A DNA stretch of 64,000 nucleotides from positions 131,533 to 195,532 of the forward strand of contig CAYWRZ010000001.1 of assembly GCA_964460845.1 (NCBI GenBank). The letters are read 5' to 3'. The notes below the pieces were generated by a model. The model ran no database searches. It was not told the origin of the DNA and was given only the letters and a program-made list of their open reading frames with translations. Positions 29,067 to 38,805 of the stretch are shown here, piece by piece; position 1 is the stretch's first letter; each line of letters opens with the position of its first letter. Position numbers and translations under genes: made by a program. Source of the stretch: an uncultured Weeksellaceae bacterium. GTDB lineage: Bacteria > Bacteroidota > Bacteroidia > Flavobacteriales_D > UBA2798.

Positions 29067-29897
29067 TTAACTTAATGAGATCCGTTTGAGTGCGGTAGCA
29101 GTAAGTTCTTTATCGGTATCTGCCAAAAACTGCTTGATGGTTTTTTTCGGGTCACGAATATATTCCTGATTCAGCAGCGTAGATTCTTTGTAGAATTTTT
29201 GGAGACGACCTTGCGCAATTTTCTCGGCCATGTCGGCAGGCTTACCTTCCTGAATGGCGAGCTCCTTACCTACTTCGATTTCGCGCTGGATAACCTCCTG
29301 CGAAACCGATTTTTCATCTACGGCGATGGGAGCCATAGCAGCTACCTGCATAGCCACCTGCTTGGCGGTTTCTGCATCGACGGTTTTGTTAAAACCCACC
29401 AGCGTTGCCAAACGGTTACCTGCGTGAATATAAGAGCCTACGTACTCGGCTTCGAGCACTTCGTAAGCACCGATTTCAATTTTCTCACCGATCACACCGG
29501 TTTGCTCAATCAACTTTTCGGATACGGAAATACCCTGATAGTTGAGCGCTTTGAGCGCATCGGCGGTGGTGGTTTTGTGTTCGAGTGCGAGTGCGGCAAA
29601 ACCTTCGGCCAAAGCGATAAAACCTTCGTTCTTCGCTACAAAGTCGGTTTCGCAATTCAACGAAAATACTACACCGAATTTACCGTCGGTGCTTACCCGG
29701 GCCAGTACGCAACCTTCGGCCGCATCACGATCGGCGCGGTTGGCAGCTACTTTCTGACCTTTTTTGCGGAGGATATCGACAGCGGCTTCAAAATCACCGT
29801 TGGCTTCAATCAGTGCTTTTTTACAGTCCATCATACCGGCGCCGGTCTGCTGGCGCAGCTTGTTCACATCGGCTGCAGTAATCGCTACGGTTGACAT
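29067..29897 (-). CDS. tsf: Elongation factor Ts
   Basis: N-terminus reads VNKLRQQTGAGMMDCKKALIEANGDFEAAVDILRKKG, the UBA-like domain of EF-Ts. Confidence 0.95.
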   Translation of the reverse strand: MSTVAITAADVNKLRQQTGAGMMDCKKALIEANGDFEAAVDILRKKGQKVAANRADRDAAEGCVLARVSTDGKFGVVFSLNCETDFVAKNEGFIALAEGFAALALEHKTTTADALKALNYQGISVSEKLIEQTGVIGEKIEIGAYEVLEAEYVGSYIHAGNRLATLVGFNKTVDAETAKQVAMQVAAMAPIAVDEKSVSQEVIQREIEVGKELAIQEGKPADMAEKIAQGRLQKFYKESTLLNQEYIRDPKKTIKQFLADTDKELTATALKRISLS

Positions 29898-29925
29898 AAT
29901 TTTTATCCTTTCTTAAAGTTGAACC

Positions 29926-30789
29926 TTATGATCTTTTACGGGGAGCCGTGCGTGGCGCAGGCTTTTTGGCAGCAGCCGCAGGCGCTTTTTTACCTGCATC
30001 GGTACCGCGTTCTTCCTCTTCGGCAGCCAGTAGCTCCAAACGGCGGTTTTCAGCCGCATCGTCACCCTCATCCTCTTTCTTATCGGAAAGTGTTTTATCC
30101 GCTTTTCTTTCTTCAAGCCCTTCGGTAATGGCGTTTACCATTACTTCCACGATTTTAGAAATAGACTTGGAGGCATCGTCGTTGGAGGGGATAGCGAAAT
30201 CGACCGAGTTGGGATCGGAGTTGGTATCTACCATTGCAAATACCGGAATGTTAAGACGCTTGGCTTCGGCTACGGCGATGTGTTCTTTGTTGATGTCCAC
30301 CACGAAAAGCGCTGCCGGGAGGCGGGTCATTTCGGAGATGGAACCGAGGTTTTTCTCAAGCTTGGCACGTGAGCGTGAAATCTGCAGACGCTCGCGTTTC
30401 GACATGGTTTCGAGTGTTCCGTCGCTACCCATTTTGTCGATCGAGCTCATTTTGCGAACCGATTTACGAATGGTGGCGAAGTTGGTCAGCATTCCGCCGG
30501 GCCAGCGCTCGGTCACGAAAGGCATATTCACGTTTTTGAGGCGCTCGGCTACTACTTCTTTGGCCTGCTTTTTAGTGGCTACGAAGAGTACTTTTTTACC
30601 CGATTTGGCAATCTGCCGGATAGCGGCCGATGCTTCGTCAAGCTTTACGATAGTTTTGTTCAGGTCGATGATGTGGATCCCTTTTTTATCGTTGAAGATG
30701 TAGGGAGCCATGTGTGGATTCCACTTTCTTTTCAAGTGTCCGAAATGCACACCTGCGTCGAGCAGTTCTTTGAAGGTTACTTTTGACAT
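29926..30789 (-). CDS. rpsB: 30S ribosomal protein S2, with Ala/Lys/Glu-rich C-terminal extension
   Basis: Contains LLDAGVHFGHLKRKWNPHMAPYIF and ERWPGGMLTNF. Confidence 0.95.
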   Translation of the reverse strand: MSKVTFKELLDAGVHFGHLKRKWNPHMAPYIFNDKKGIHIIDLNKTIVKLDEASAAIRQIAKSGKKVLFVATKKQAKEVVAERLKNVNMPFVTERWPGGMLTNFATIRKSVRKMSSIDKMGSDGTLETMSKRERLQISRSRAKLEKNLGSISEMTRLPAALFVVDINKEHIAVAEAKRLNIPVFAMVDTNSDPNSVDFAIPSNDDASKSISKIVEVMVNAITEGLEERKADKTLSDKKEDEGDDAAENRRLELLAAEEEERGTDAGKKAPAAAAKKPAPRTAPRKRS

Positions 30790-30916
30790 GTGTTAAATTT
30801 GTCGGTTTACGTTCCTTTTTACTTATCTGTTTATAAGCAACCCGCCGGTGGTTCCGCATAATGCGAAAGCCCGGCAGATTTGGATGCTAAACAGCTTATT
30901 CGTAACAGTCTCCCGA

Positions 30917-31303
30917 TTAACGTTTGGAGAACTGGTAGCGTTTTCTTGCTTTTTTCTGACCTGGTTTCTTTCTTTCCACCATACGTGGGTCGCGGGTCAT
31001 CAGGCCACGCTCTTTGAGCGCAGGCTTGAGCGCCGGATCGAGCTTCACCAGGGCACGGGCAATACCGAGGCGAATGGCCTCAGCCTGTCCGTTTACGCCG
31101 CCACCGTCCACATTGACGGTTACATTGTATTTACCTTCGGTGCCGGTCAGGGCAAATGCCTGATTCACTTTGTACTGCAGGGTCGGCAGGGGGAAGTATT
31201 GTTTAAAATCTACCTTGTTTACCGTTACATCACCTTGTCCGTCAGACAGGTACACACGAGCTACAGAGGCTTTTCTTCTACCGATAGCGTTGATTACTTC
31301 CAT
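30917..31303 (-). CDS. rpsI: 30S ribosomal protein S9
   Basis: Contains [12 protein letters not shown] and a C-terminal [19 protein letters not shown]. Confidence 0.95.
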   Translation of the reverse strand: MEVINAIGRRKASVARVYLSDGQGDVTVNKVDFKQYFPLPTLQYKVNQAFALTGTEGKYNVTVNVDGGGVNGQAEAIRLGIARALVKLDPALKPALKERGLMTRDPRMVERKKPGQKKARKRYQFSKR

Positions 31304-31308
31304 TTTTC

Positions 31309-31764
31309 TCAGAATATGTCGTTAAGATTGACAGCTTTGGGTTGTTGTGCTTCGTAAGTATGCGCCGTTCCGGCCACTACATGCAGGTTGCGGAACACGG
31401 CACGTCCGAGGCGGTTCTTGGGCAACATACCTCTTACGGCGGCTTCGATCACACGGCCGGGAAACTTACCGAGCACCTCTTCGGGGGTCGAAAAACGCTG
31501 ACCGCCGGGATAGCCCGTATAGCGCACGTATTGCTTGTCTGTAAGCTTGTTACCGGTGAATTTCACTTTTTCGGCATTGATCACAATCACATGATCCCCG
31601 CAGTCCACATGAGGGGTGAAGCTGGGTTTGTGTTTTCCACGCAGAAGCTTGGCTACCTGGCTGGTCAGGCGACCAAGAGGCTGATTTTCTGCATCTACGA
31701 TCAGCCACTGCTTTTCGACAGTTTGCTTATTGGCCGATACGGTCTTATAGCTTAGTGAGTCCAC
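31309..31764 (-). CDS. rplM: 50S ribosomal protein L13 (GTG start)
   Basis: Contains [46 protein letters not shown]. The start codon at 31764-31762 is GTG. Confidence 0.95.
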   Translation of the reverse strand: MDSLSYKTVSANKQTVEKQWLIVDAENQPLGRLTSQVAKLLRGKHKPSFTPHVDCGDHVIVINAEKVKFTGNKLTDKQYVRYTGYPGGQRFSTPEEVLGKFPGRVIEAAVRGMLPKNRLGRAVFRNLHVVAGTAHTYEAQQPKAVNLNDIF

Positions 31765-31808
31765 TGTAAAAAATTTTAAAAACGTTTATTTCCCTGAAAT
31801 TGGGGCTG

Positions 31809-31816
31809 CAAATTTA
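31809..31816 (-). promoter_or_regulatory. -7 box TAAATTTG upstream of rplM
   Basis: Plus strand reads caaattta, 44 nt upstream of the rplM GTG. Confidence 0.5.
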
Positions 31817-31869
31817 CAACTATTTTTTATTCAGCCAAATTTATCAACACAGTATTGTGAAAGCTTCGG

Positions 31870-32772
31870 TCAGGGCGTAAAACTGCCGGGGGCCAACCAG
31901 CCGTTTACTGTTCCGCTTACCCTGACCCATTCGCCACAGCAACCCGTTACGGTAAGCCGGGTACCAGCTTTTGCCCGACCCGTTACCTCAGCCTCCACAT
32001 AGGGCTTGTCATACAAATCAACCTCCTGACTTCCAGAAGAGGAAGCCACCTTTACCGAAGCAAAATGTGTTTTAATCCAGGTGGACCGATAGGCATTCTC
32101 CCTGCCATAGAGCTCACCCCCGCCATAGGGTTTTCCGTTGCCATGTACCGCTCCCAACTGAATCCAGTCTTCGTACCAGTCAAGAATTTCCAAGCGCAGA
32201 ACTTCTCCGCTTTTTGCTTCCAGCACCCGCAGCATTTCGCCCTCGGGTGCATCCCTTACGTTTGTACCAATCCGCTCCGGATCGGAAAACGAGGCCTCTA
32301 TTTTACAACCGCCACAACCCCATCCGTCTTCGAAATACTGCGGCTCCCAGCGGCGGAAAATATACACCTGATCCGAATCGATCAGGTGCAGTTCCAGTTC
32401 ATCCGCATCCAGTTTAAGTATCTCGAACAGGTAGTATTTCTCAAAGTTACCCCCCTCTTCGACACGCATAAACCGCCCGGTAGGTGAAGGCTTCGCCCCC
32501 TTGCGCGGGTATTCGTCATAAAAAGTCAGCGGGTTGCCCGAACCGCCTTTGCCTTTGTAATACTCTATCCATATATCGTTCTCAAACACAACCTTGTGAT
32601 GTCTGTCGCGCCGGTCTTCCCAGATGCCCTGAAGTTTGGACACAGTGCTTTCCTTTTTTTCTTCCGTAACCCCGGTATTATTTCCCGCAGGCTCATTTCC
32701 GCAGGAAAAAAGTCCAGTTAGCAGAAAAAAGCACATGAAAAGAAGGAAATCAAACGGCCGTTTCATACGCAT
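31870..32772 (-). CDS. Lipoprotein with two SH3b-like C-terminal modules, paralog A
   Basis: MRMKRPFDFLLFMCFFLLTGLFSC lipobox. IGTNVRDAPEGEMLRVLEAKSGEVLRLEILDWYEDWIQL and RLTVTGCCGEWVRVSGTVNGWLAPGSF resemble bacterial SH3 domains. Confidence 0.75.
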   Translation of the reverse strand: MRMKRPFDFLLFMCFFLLTGLFSCGNEPAGNNTGVTEEKKESTVSKLQGIWEDRRDRHHKVVFENDIWIEYYKGKGGSGNPLTFYDEYPRKGAKPSPTGRFMRVEEGGNFEKYYLFEILKLDADELELHLIDSDQVYIFRRWEPQYFEDGWGCGGCKIEASFSDPERIGTNVRDAPEGEMLRVLEAKSGEVLRLEILDWYEDWIQLGAVHGNGKPYGGGELYGRENAYRSTWIKTHFASVKVASSSGSQEVDLYDKPYVEAEVTGRAKAGTRLTVTGCCGEWVRVSGTVNGWLAPGSFTP

Positions 32773-32813
32773 CTTACTTAATTACAACGTTTATTGCCCT
32801 GAAATTGGGGCTG

Positions 32814-32821
32814 CAAATTTA
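32814..32821 (-). promoter_or_regulatory. Duplicated copy of the rplM-type -7 box TAAATTTG, now upstream of lipoprotein paralog A
   Basis: Sequence context is identical to 31809-31816. It lies 41 nt upstream of the ATG at 32772. Confidence 0.45.
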
Positions 32822-32873
32822 CAACTATTTTTATTCAGCCAAATTTATCAACACAGTATTGTAAAAGCTTCGG

Positions 32874-33767
32874 TCAGGGCGTAAAACTGCCGGGAGCCAA
32901 CCAACCACTTACCACCCCGCTTACCCGCACCCATTCGCCACAGCAACCCGTTACGGTAAGCCGGGTACCGGGCTTGACCCGATCCACCACCGCAGCGTCT
33001 CTGTCGGGCTCATTATACACTGCCACCTCCTGATTTCCGGAAGCCAAAACCACTTTTACCGAAGCGAAATGGGCTTTGATCCAGGTGAACCGGTACTTTT
33101 CGACTTTATCTTCTTTCTCCTTACCGATTACATTTTCCAGTTGAACCCAGTCTTCGTACCAACCGCGGATTTGTAAGGTCAACTGTTCGCCCTCTTTGGC
33201 TTCGAGCGTAAACAGCATTTCTCCGTCGGTTCCGGGCCAATCCCTCACATTGGTACCTATCCCTTCGGCATCCGAGAACAGCGCAGTGATGTCGCAGCCC
33301 CCGCAGTAACCTGAGTAGCGAGGCGAATCAGAAGCTTGCCAACGCCGAAAGAGGTATATCTGATCTGAACCGATCAGTTGTAATTCCAGCTTATCCGCCT
33401 CCAGCTTTAGTATCTCGAACACGAAATAATTACCTGGGTTTTCTCCCTCTTCAAGACGTATAAACCGTCCGCCGGACGAAGGCTTCACTCCGGGACGCGG
33501 ATATTCTGCATAAAATTCGAGCGGGTTGCGCGAAACGAGCTGCTCGTTATACTGATCTATCCATGTATTGTCTTCAAAAACAACCGTATGACTCATGTCG
33601 CGACGGTTTTCCCATTTGCCCTGAAGCTTTGCGGCGGTAGTTTCTTCTTTTTCCTTTTCGGCTGTTGTAGAAGACTGCGCAGCCGGCTCATTTCCACAAG
33701 AAAAAAGGCCTGTCAGCAGAAAAAAACACACCAAAGCAAGAACACCAAAGGGCCGTTTCGTACGCAT
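32874..33767 (-). CDS. Lipoprotein with two SH3b-like C-terminal modules, paralog B
   Basis: MRTKRPFGVLALVCFFLLTGLFSC lipobox. About 55-60 percent identical to paralog A by eye, with the same C-terminus VTGCCGEWVRVSGVVSGWLAPGSFTP. The start lies 1 nt after the kbl stop. Confidence 0.75.
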   Translation of the reverse strand: MRTKRPFGVLALVCFFLLTGLFSCGNEPAAQSSTTAEKEKEETTAAKLQGKWENRRDMSHTVVFEDNTWIDQYNEQLVSRNPLEFYAEYPRPGVKPSSGGRFIRLEEGENPGNYFVFEILKLEADKLELQLIGSDQIYLFRRWQASDSPRYSGYCGGCDITALFSDAEGIGTNVRDWPGTDGEMLFTLEAKEGEQLTLQIRGWYEDWVQLENVIGKEKEDKVEKYRFTWIKAHFASVKVVLASGNQEVAVYNEPDRDAAVVDRVKPGTRLTVTGCCGEWVRVSGVVSGWLAPGSFTP

Positions 33768-33768
33768 C

Positions 33769-34956
33769 TTACTTAATCACACCGAGCTCGCGCCCTACTT
33801 TGGTAAAGGCCGCTATGGCCCGGTCGAGGTGTTCTTTTTCGTGTCCGGCCGAGAGCTGCACGCGAATACGCGCCTGCCCTTTGGGCACTACGGGGAAGAA
33901 AAATCCGGTTACGTAAATGCCTTCTTCCAGCAGCTTGTCGGCAAAAACCTGCGAAAGCTTGGCATCGTACAGCATGATTGGTACAATGGCCGAATCGCCG
34001 TCTTTGATGTCGAATCCTGCGGTTTTAATGGCCGTTTTGAAATAGCGTATGTTCTCTTCGAGCTTATCGCGCAGATCGGTGGTTTCGCTCAGCATATCGA
34101 ATACGGCTATCGAAGCGCCGGTGATATGCGGAGCCAATGAGTTAGAAAACAGGTAGGGCCTCGAACGCTGACGCAACATTTCGATAATCTCTTTGCGCCC
34201 GGTGGTAAACCCGCCCATCGCACCGCCCAAGGCTTTGCCGAGTGTCCCGGTAATCAGATCGACACGTCCCATCACGTTGCGCAATTCGACGCTGCCACGC
34301 CCCGTTTTTCCAATGAAACCGGTGGCATGACTCTCGTCAACCATTACGAGCGCATCGTATTTATCGGCCAAATCACAGATTTTATCCAACGGCGCCACAA
34401 ATCCGTCCATTGAAAAGACCCCATCGGTCACTATCAGCCTGAAGCGTTGTGCCTGTGCTTTTTTGAGCTGCTCTTCGAGATCGGCCATATCACAGTTCTT
34501 GTAGCGGTAACGCTGTGCTTTACAAAGCCTTACCCCGTCTATGATGGAAGCGTGGTTCAGCTCGTCCGAAATGATGGCATCCTGTTCGCCGAGCAGGGGC
34601 TCAAAAACACCGCCGTTGGCATCGAAGCAGGCCGCATAGAGAATGGTATCTTCGGTGCCGAGAAAAGCGGCTATTTTCTGTTCAAGTTCTTTGTGAATAT
34701 CCTGCGTACCGCAGATAAAACGTACGGAAGAAACGCCGTATCCCCGACTGTCGAGCGAACGGTGGGCGGCTTCAATCACCCGCGGGTGAGAAGAAAGACC
34801 GAGGTAATTGTTGGCACAAAAAATAAGCACTTCTTTGCCGTTTACCGTAACGGCAGCACCTTGTGGCGAGGTGATCACACGTTCGCGCTTAAAAAGTCCC
34901 GACTCTTCTATCTGTTGCAGCTCCTGCTGCAGGTGTTCCTGAAATTTTCCGTACAT
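33769..34956 (-). CDS. kbl: Glycine C-acetyltransferase (2-amino-3-ketobutyrate CoA ligase)
   Basis: Collinear with E. coli Kbl as recalled: FCANNYLGL, SVRFICGTQDIHKELE, DELNHASIIDGVRLCKA, TLGKALGG, GIYVTGFFFPVVPKGQARIRVQ. Confidence 0.9.
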   Translation of the reverse strand: MYGKFQEHLQQELQQIEESGLFKRERVITSPQGAAVTVNGKEVLIFCANNYLGLSSHPRVIEAAHRSLDSRGYGVSSVRFICGTQDIHKELEQKIAAFLGTEDTILYAACFDANGGVFEPLLGEQDAIISDELNHASIIDGVRLCKAQRYRYKNCDMADLEEQLKKAQAQRFRLIVTDGVFSMDGFVAPLDKICDLADKYDALVMVDESHATGFIGKTGRGSVELRNVMGRVDLITGTLGKALGGAMGGFTTGRKEIIEMLRQRSRPYLFSNSLAPHITGASIAVFDMLSETTDLRDKLEENIRYFKTAIKTAGFDIKDGDSAIVPIMLYDAKLSQVFADKLLEEGIYVTGFFFPVVPKGQARIRVQLSAGHEKEHLDRAIAAFTKVGRELGVIK

Positions 34957-35043
34957 GACAATAAATTAAGCTTGTGTGGTAAAAGTAAACATTAGCCTGT
35001 GAAAAGCGGAATGCGGGAGCTGAAAAAAGAGATTCGCGCGTGT

Positions 35044-36066
35044 TTACTGCGCTTTTACCAGCTCTTCGAGGGTTTTTATCCAAAGCGGGCTGTCGTTGAG
35101 GCTTTCGACTAATTGCAAATGCGTACCGCCGTGCGCTTCGAACAGATCTTTGTATTCGTAGCCGATTTCTACGGTAGTTTCGAGGCAATCGGCCACAAAA
35201 GCGGGCGAAAAAACGAGCAGGCGTTTTACACCTTTGGCAGCCAGCTCTTCGATTACTTTATCGGAATAAGGCTGAATCCAGGGATCGCGCCCCAACCTCG
35301 ACTGGAAAGCAACGGTATAACGTTCGGTGGGAATGCCCAGCTCGGCCGCCAAAAGGCGTGTCGTAGCATAACATTCAGCCTTATAGCAATAGCGGTTTTC
35401 TTCATTGATTTCGTGACGGCAGGGGTGTGCTTCGCAGGGTTTACCGTCGCGGTGCGCCTTATCGACCTGACGCTCGGGCAAGCCGTGGTAGCTGAAAAGA
35501 ATATGGTCGAACGAATCGGGGTTATGGATCTTTGCTTTTTCGGCAAATGCCCGGATATAGCCGGGGTTATCGAAATAAGGCCCTACTATGCTGATTTCGG
35601 GGATCACCCACCAGCGACGGATAATCCGCATGGCTTTTTCGAGCGCTGATCCGGTGCTGGAAGAGGCGTATTGGGGGAAAAGAGGAAGAAGGATGATTTT
35701 ATGATAACCGGCTTTCTGCATACGTCCCAGCACTTCGTCGAGCGAGGGATTCTGGTAGCGCATGGCCAGTTCAACGGTATAATTTTCGGGCAGCGCCTGT
35801 TGCAGCAATTGCTGCACTTTACGACCGTATATCAGCAATGGCGAGCCTTCGGGTGTCCAAAGCATCCTGTAAATTTTCGCCGACTTAGGCGCACGAAAGG
35901 GCACGATAATGCCATTCACCAGCAGCATTCGCGCCAGCGGCGCAATGTCAATTACACGCGGGTCGTTGAGAAACTCAGACAGGTAACGCCGTACGTCTTT
36001 TACCGAAGGACTGTCGGGCGTGCCCAGGTTAATGAGCAATACTCCTGTTTTTACTGGCTGACCCAC
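35044..36066 (-). CDS. hemH: Ferrochelatase
   Basis: Contains GVLLINLGTPDSPS, LPLFPQYASSSTGS and FSYHGLPE. Confidence 0.9.
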   Translation of the reverse strand: MGQPVKTGVLLINLGTPDSPSVKDVRRYLSEFLNDPRVIDIAPLARMLLVNGIIVPFRAPKSAKIYRMLWTPEGSPLLIYGRKVQQLLQQALPENYTVELAMRYQNPSLDEVLGRMQKAGYHKIILLPLFPQYASSSTGSALEKAMRIIRRWWVIPEISIVGPYFDNPGYIRAFAEKAKIHNPDSFDHILFSYHGLPERQVDKAHRDGKPCEAHPCRHEINEENRYCYKAECYATTRLLAAELGIPTERYTVAFQSRLGRDPWIQPYSDKVIEELAAKGVKRLLVFSPAFVADCLETTVEIGYEYKDLFEAHGGTHLQLVESLNDSPLWIKTLEELVKAQ

Positions 36067-36084
36067 GTCGTAAAACGGTGAAGA

Positions 36085-37488
36085 TTAAAGGTTCAGCGCG
36101 CGTTTTCCGGTAGCATCGAGCGCCGCTTCTTTGATGCCTTCGGCATAAGTGGGGTGTGCATGGCAAATGCGGGCAATGTCTTCGGCCGAAGCACGGTATT
36201 CCATCGCCACTACGGCTTCCATGATCATGTCGGCGGCACGGGGCCCGATAATATGTACGCCCAGCACTTCATCGGTTTCTTTGTCGGCTAATACTTTTAC
36301 CAGTCCGTCGATATCCATGCTTGCACGGGCGCGGGCACTGGCTTTAAAGGGGAATTGCCCCACTTTATAGGCACGACCCTCTTTTTTAAGGGTTTCTTCG
36401 GTAGCGCCTACGGCCGCCACTTCGGGCCAGGTATAGACTACTCCGGGAATAAGATTATAATCGAGATGCGGTTTCTGACCGGCAATCGCTTCGGCTACAA
36501 ACACGCCTTCTTCTTCGGCTTTATGCGCCAGCATGGGACCCCGCACTACATCGCCGATGGCGTAGATACCGGGCACATTGGTGCGCAGGTGGTCATCGAC
36601 TAGCACACGACCGCGATCGTCGAGCTGCACGCCGGCTTTGTCAAGACCGAGGTTTTCGGTATAAGGCTTGCGACCTACGGCTACGAGGCAATAATCCCCT
36701 TTCAGCTCCAATTTTTCTCCTTTTGCACTTTCGGCGCTGACGGTCACCTCTTTGGCAGCCGCTTTCACACCACTTACCTTATGATTGAGGTAAAATTCAA
36801 AGCCCAGCTTTTTGAGCGATTTCTGCAATTCTTTGCCCATGCTGCCGTCCATCGTGGCAATGAGGGAAGAAGCGTATTCTACCACCGACACTTTCGCGCC
36901 CAAACGGGCATAGACGGAGCCCAGCTCAAGGCCGATCACACCGGCACCTATGATGACCAGGTGCTTCGGAATTTCGGTGAGACTCAGCGCTTCGGTCGAT
37001 GTGATGACTCTTTTTTTATCGATCGTTACACCGGGCAGCGAAGCGGGCTTGGAACCGGTAGCGATAATGGTATTGGTGGTTTCGAGCGTTACGATTTTAT
37101 CTTTATCGTCTTTCACATCAATACGGGTCTTGGAAAGAAAAGAGGCATGACCGTGAAACACGTCGATTTTATTTTTTTTCATGAGGTAATCGATACCACC
37201 TGAGGTTTGCGCCACTACGTCGTTTTTGCGCTTGATCATTTGGCCGAGATCCACTTTCAGTCCTTTCACCTCAATACCATGCTCGCTAAATGTATGGCCT
37301 GCATTGTGGAAATGTTCGGATGAATCGAGCAGTGCTTTCGAGGGGATACAGCCCACATTGAGACAGGTGCCGCCAAGCGATTTGTAACGCTCTACCAACG
37401 CCGTTTTCATGCCAAGCTGCGCACAGCGGATTGCCGAGATGTATCCGCCGGGACCGGAGCCTATCACCACTACATCGTATTTACTCAT
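36085..37488 (-). CDS. lpdA: Dihydrolipoyl dehydrogenase
   Basis: ORF 36085-37524. ATG at 37488 gives MSKYDVVVIGSGPGGY. Contains the redox disulfide GGTCLNVGCIPSK and C-terminal HAHPTYAE. Confidence 0.95.
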   Translation of the reverse strand: MSKYDVVVIGSGPGGYISAIRCAQLGMKTALVERYKSLGGTCLNVGCIPSKALLDSSEHFHNAGHTFSEHGIEVKGLKVDLGQMIKRKNDVVAQTSGGIDYLMKKNKIDVFHGHASFLSKTRIDVKDDKDKIVTLETTNTIIATGSKPASLPGVTIDKKRVITSTEALSLTEIPKHLVIIGAGVIGLELGSVYARLGAKVSVVEYASSLIATMDGSMGKELQKSLKKLGFEFYLNHKVSGVKAAAKEVTVSAESAKGEKLELKGDYCLVAVGRKPYTENLGLDKAGVQLDDRGRVLVDDHLRTNVPGIYAIGDVVRGPMLAHKAEEEGVFVAEAIAGQKPHLDYNLIPGVVYTWPEVAAVGATEETLKKEGRAYKVGQFPFKASARARASMDIDGLVKVLADKETDEVLGVHIIGPRAADMIMEAVVAMEYRASAEDIARICHAHPTYAEGIKEAALDATGKRALNL

Positions 37489-37596
37489 GGAAATGGATTT
37501 AAAATTGTGCGTACGAAGGTACAAATTATGTTGAAAGTTGGAGCCTATTTGACAGGAAGGAAACGCGGCTGTACAGCCGTTTGGTCTGTTCCCGGC

Positions 37597-38448
37597 TTAT
37601 TGCAGCGACTTAAAAACCGTGGGCAAGTGCAATTGAAAACCCAGCGAAGCATATTGTTCTAAAAAGAAGAAATGCTGCACCGCTTTGTATCCGCTGCGAC
37701 GGTAGGTAAGCACGTCGTTCATATCCATAAAGCCACCTTTGAGGCTGAGCTGGAAAAAGAAATACCGGCCCATATCGAGCCTGATTCCACCATGCGCATC
37801 GACGCCCCAGCCTGCCACGTGAAAAACATTGGCTCCAGGCTCTCCGAAGGCCGACACGTCGCTCCTGGGCACCAGCAAACCGGCACCGAACCCGAGCTGA
37901 CCGCTGAGCACAAATTTACCGCGAGACGAGGCCCACCAACGTTCGTAATAATCGAGCTCAGCGCTAAGGTAATTTAACCCGTCGGTATGTTCGTACATGA
38001 GAAAGTCAGGATTGATCAGTATCGGATCGCCCTCGTATTCACCTTCATAATTGGGTGAAGCCTGCGCCTCAATCACACCGGTAATGCGCACCTGCTGATA
38101 TTGCCTGACTACATATTTCATGTGGTCATACCCCATCGTTAAGGCCCATTTGTCTTTAAAAAAATACCCAGCCCTGATGTTAAACTGCGGAATAGATAAT
38201 TGCTTCGGATTAAAATATATGTCGGGGCTAAAAGAACTTGGCCGATCGGTAGCGCTAACGCCATGAAGGGTATAATCATATCCCGTACCCACCATACGGA
38301 TATCGCTGTGGGTATATTGACTGCGGTTGTATCCCCAACTGAGGTATGTTAGCCCTTTACGTGTACCGACGGTTTCAGGTAAAACGGATTGTGCACCGGC
38401 AAACGACATTCCGGCAAAGCAGGCAAACACAAGAAGTGTACGTTTCAT
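37597..38448 (-). CDS. Hypothetical secreted, beta-strand-rich protein (probable outer membrane)
   Basis: Signal peptide MKRTLLVFACFAGMSFAGAQS. Aromatic-rich with an alternating pattern. No family recognised. Confidence 0.6.
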   Translation of the reverse strand: MKRTLLVFACFAGMSFAGAQSVLPETVGTRKGLTYLSWGYNRSQYTHSDIRMVGTGYDYTLHGVSATDRPSSFSPDIYFNPKQLSIPQFNIRAGYFFKDKWALTMGYDHMKYVVRQYQQVRITGVIEAQASPNYEGEYEGDPILINPDFLMYEHTDGLNYLSAELDYYERWWASSRGKFVLSGQLGFGAGLLVPRSDVSAFGEPGANVFHVAGWGVDAHGGIRLDMGRYFFFQLSLKGGFMDMNDVLTYRRSGYKAVQHFFFLEQYASLGFQLHLPTVFKSLQ

Positions 38449-38548
38449 GTAGGAAAAATGTGAGACAAAGGTATAAGTTCACAGAATATACAGCGAATGA
38501 AAAAAAAATGTATATTGTAAGAGGTAGATATATAACTCACAACGTCCT

Positions 38549-38758
38549 ATGCTTACAGGAACAGTGAAATTTTATAACAGGAAAAACAAGTTCGGCTTTA
38601 TCCGGGTGGATGAGTCGGGGCTGGAAATTTATGTTAAGTCCAACGGTCTTTTGGATGAAATTGCCGACGGGGATCGGGTCGAATTTGAAATGAAAGAGCA
38701 CCCCAAAGGACCCGTAGCCGTGGATGTGAAGCTGCTGAAAACCCCGCCCGAAGCCTGA
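38549..38758 (+). CDS. Cold-shock domain protein
   Basis: 69 aa. GTVKFYNRKNKFGFI matches the RNP1-like core of CSD proteins. Confidence 0.8.
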   Translation: MLTGTVKFYNRKNKFGFIRVDESGLEIYVKSNGLLDEIADGDRVEFEMKEHPKGPVAVDVKLLKTPPEA

Positions 38759-38805
38759 TTTTTCATTCTTCGCGTCTTGGATATCCATTGTTTGGTTATG
38801 CTTGT

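Larger units (their letters stand above)
31781..32785 (-). repeat. Tandem duplication unit 1 (lipoprotein gene plus rplM-upstream spacer)
   Basis: Aligns with 32786-33784. The ~90-nt spacers at 31781-31869 and 32786-32873 differ at about 3 positions. The first ~95 nt of the gene 3' ends are ~89 percent identical, and the gene middles are much more diverged. Confidence 0.85.
32786..33784 (-). repeat. Tandem duplication unit 2 (lipoprotein gene plus 3' tip of kbl)
   Basis: See unit 1. Its upstream end covers the last codons and stop of kbl (cttacttaatcacaccg). A copy of these, cttacttaattacaacg, sits at 32773-32789. Confidence 0.85.

Noticed and set aside
30841-30880. Nested hairpin (GCCGG...CCGGC around CGC-ataat-GCG) between rpsI and rpsB, a possible S2 leader or attenuator.
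   Set aside because: The stems are only 5 bp and 3 bp with no U-tract, which is too weak to call by eye.
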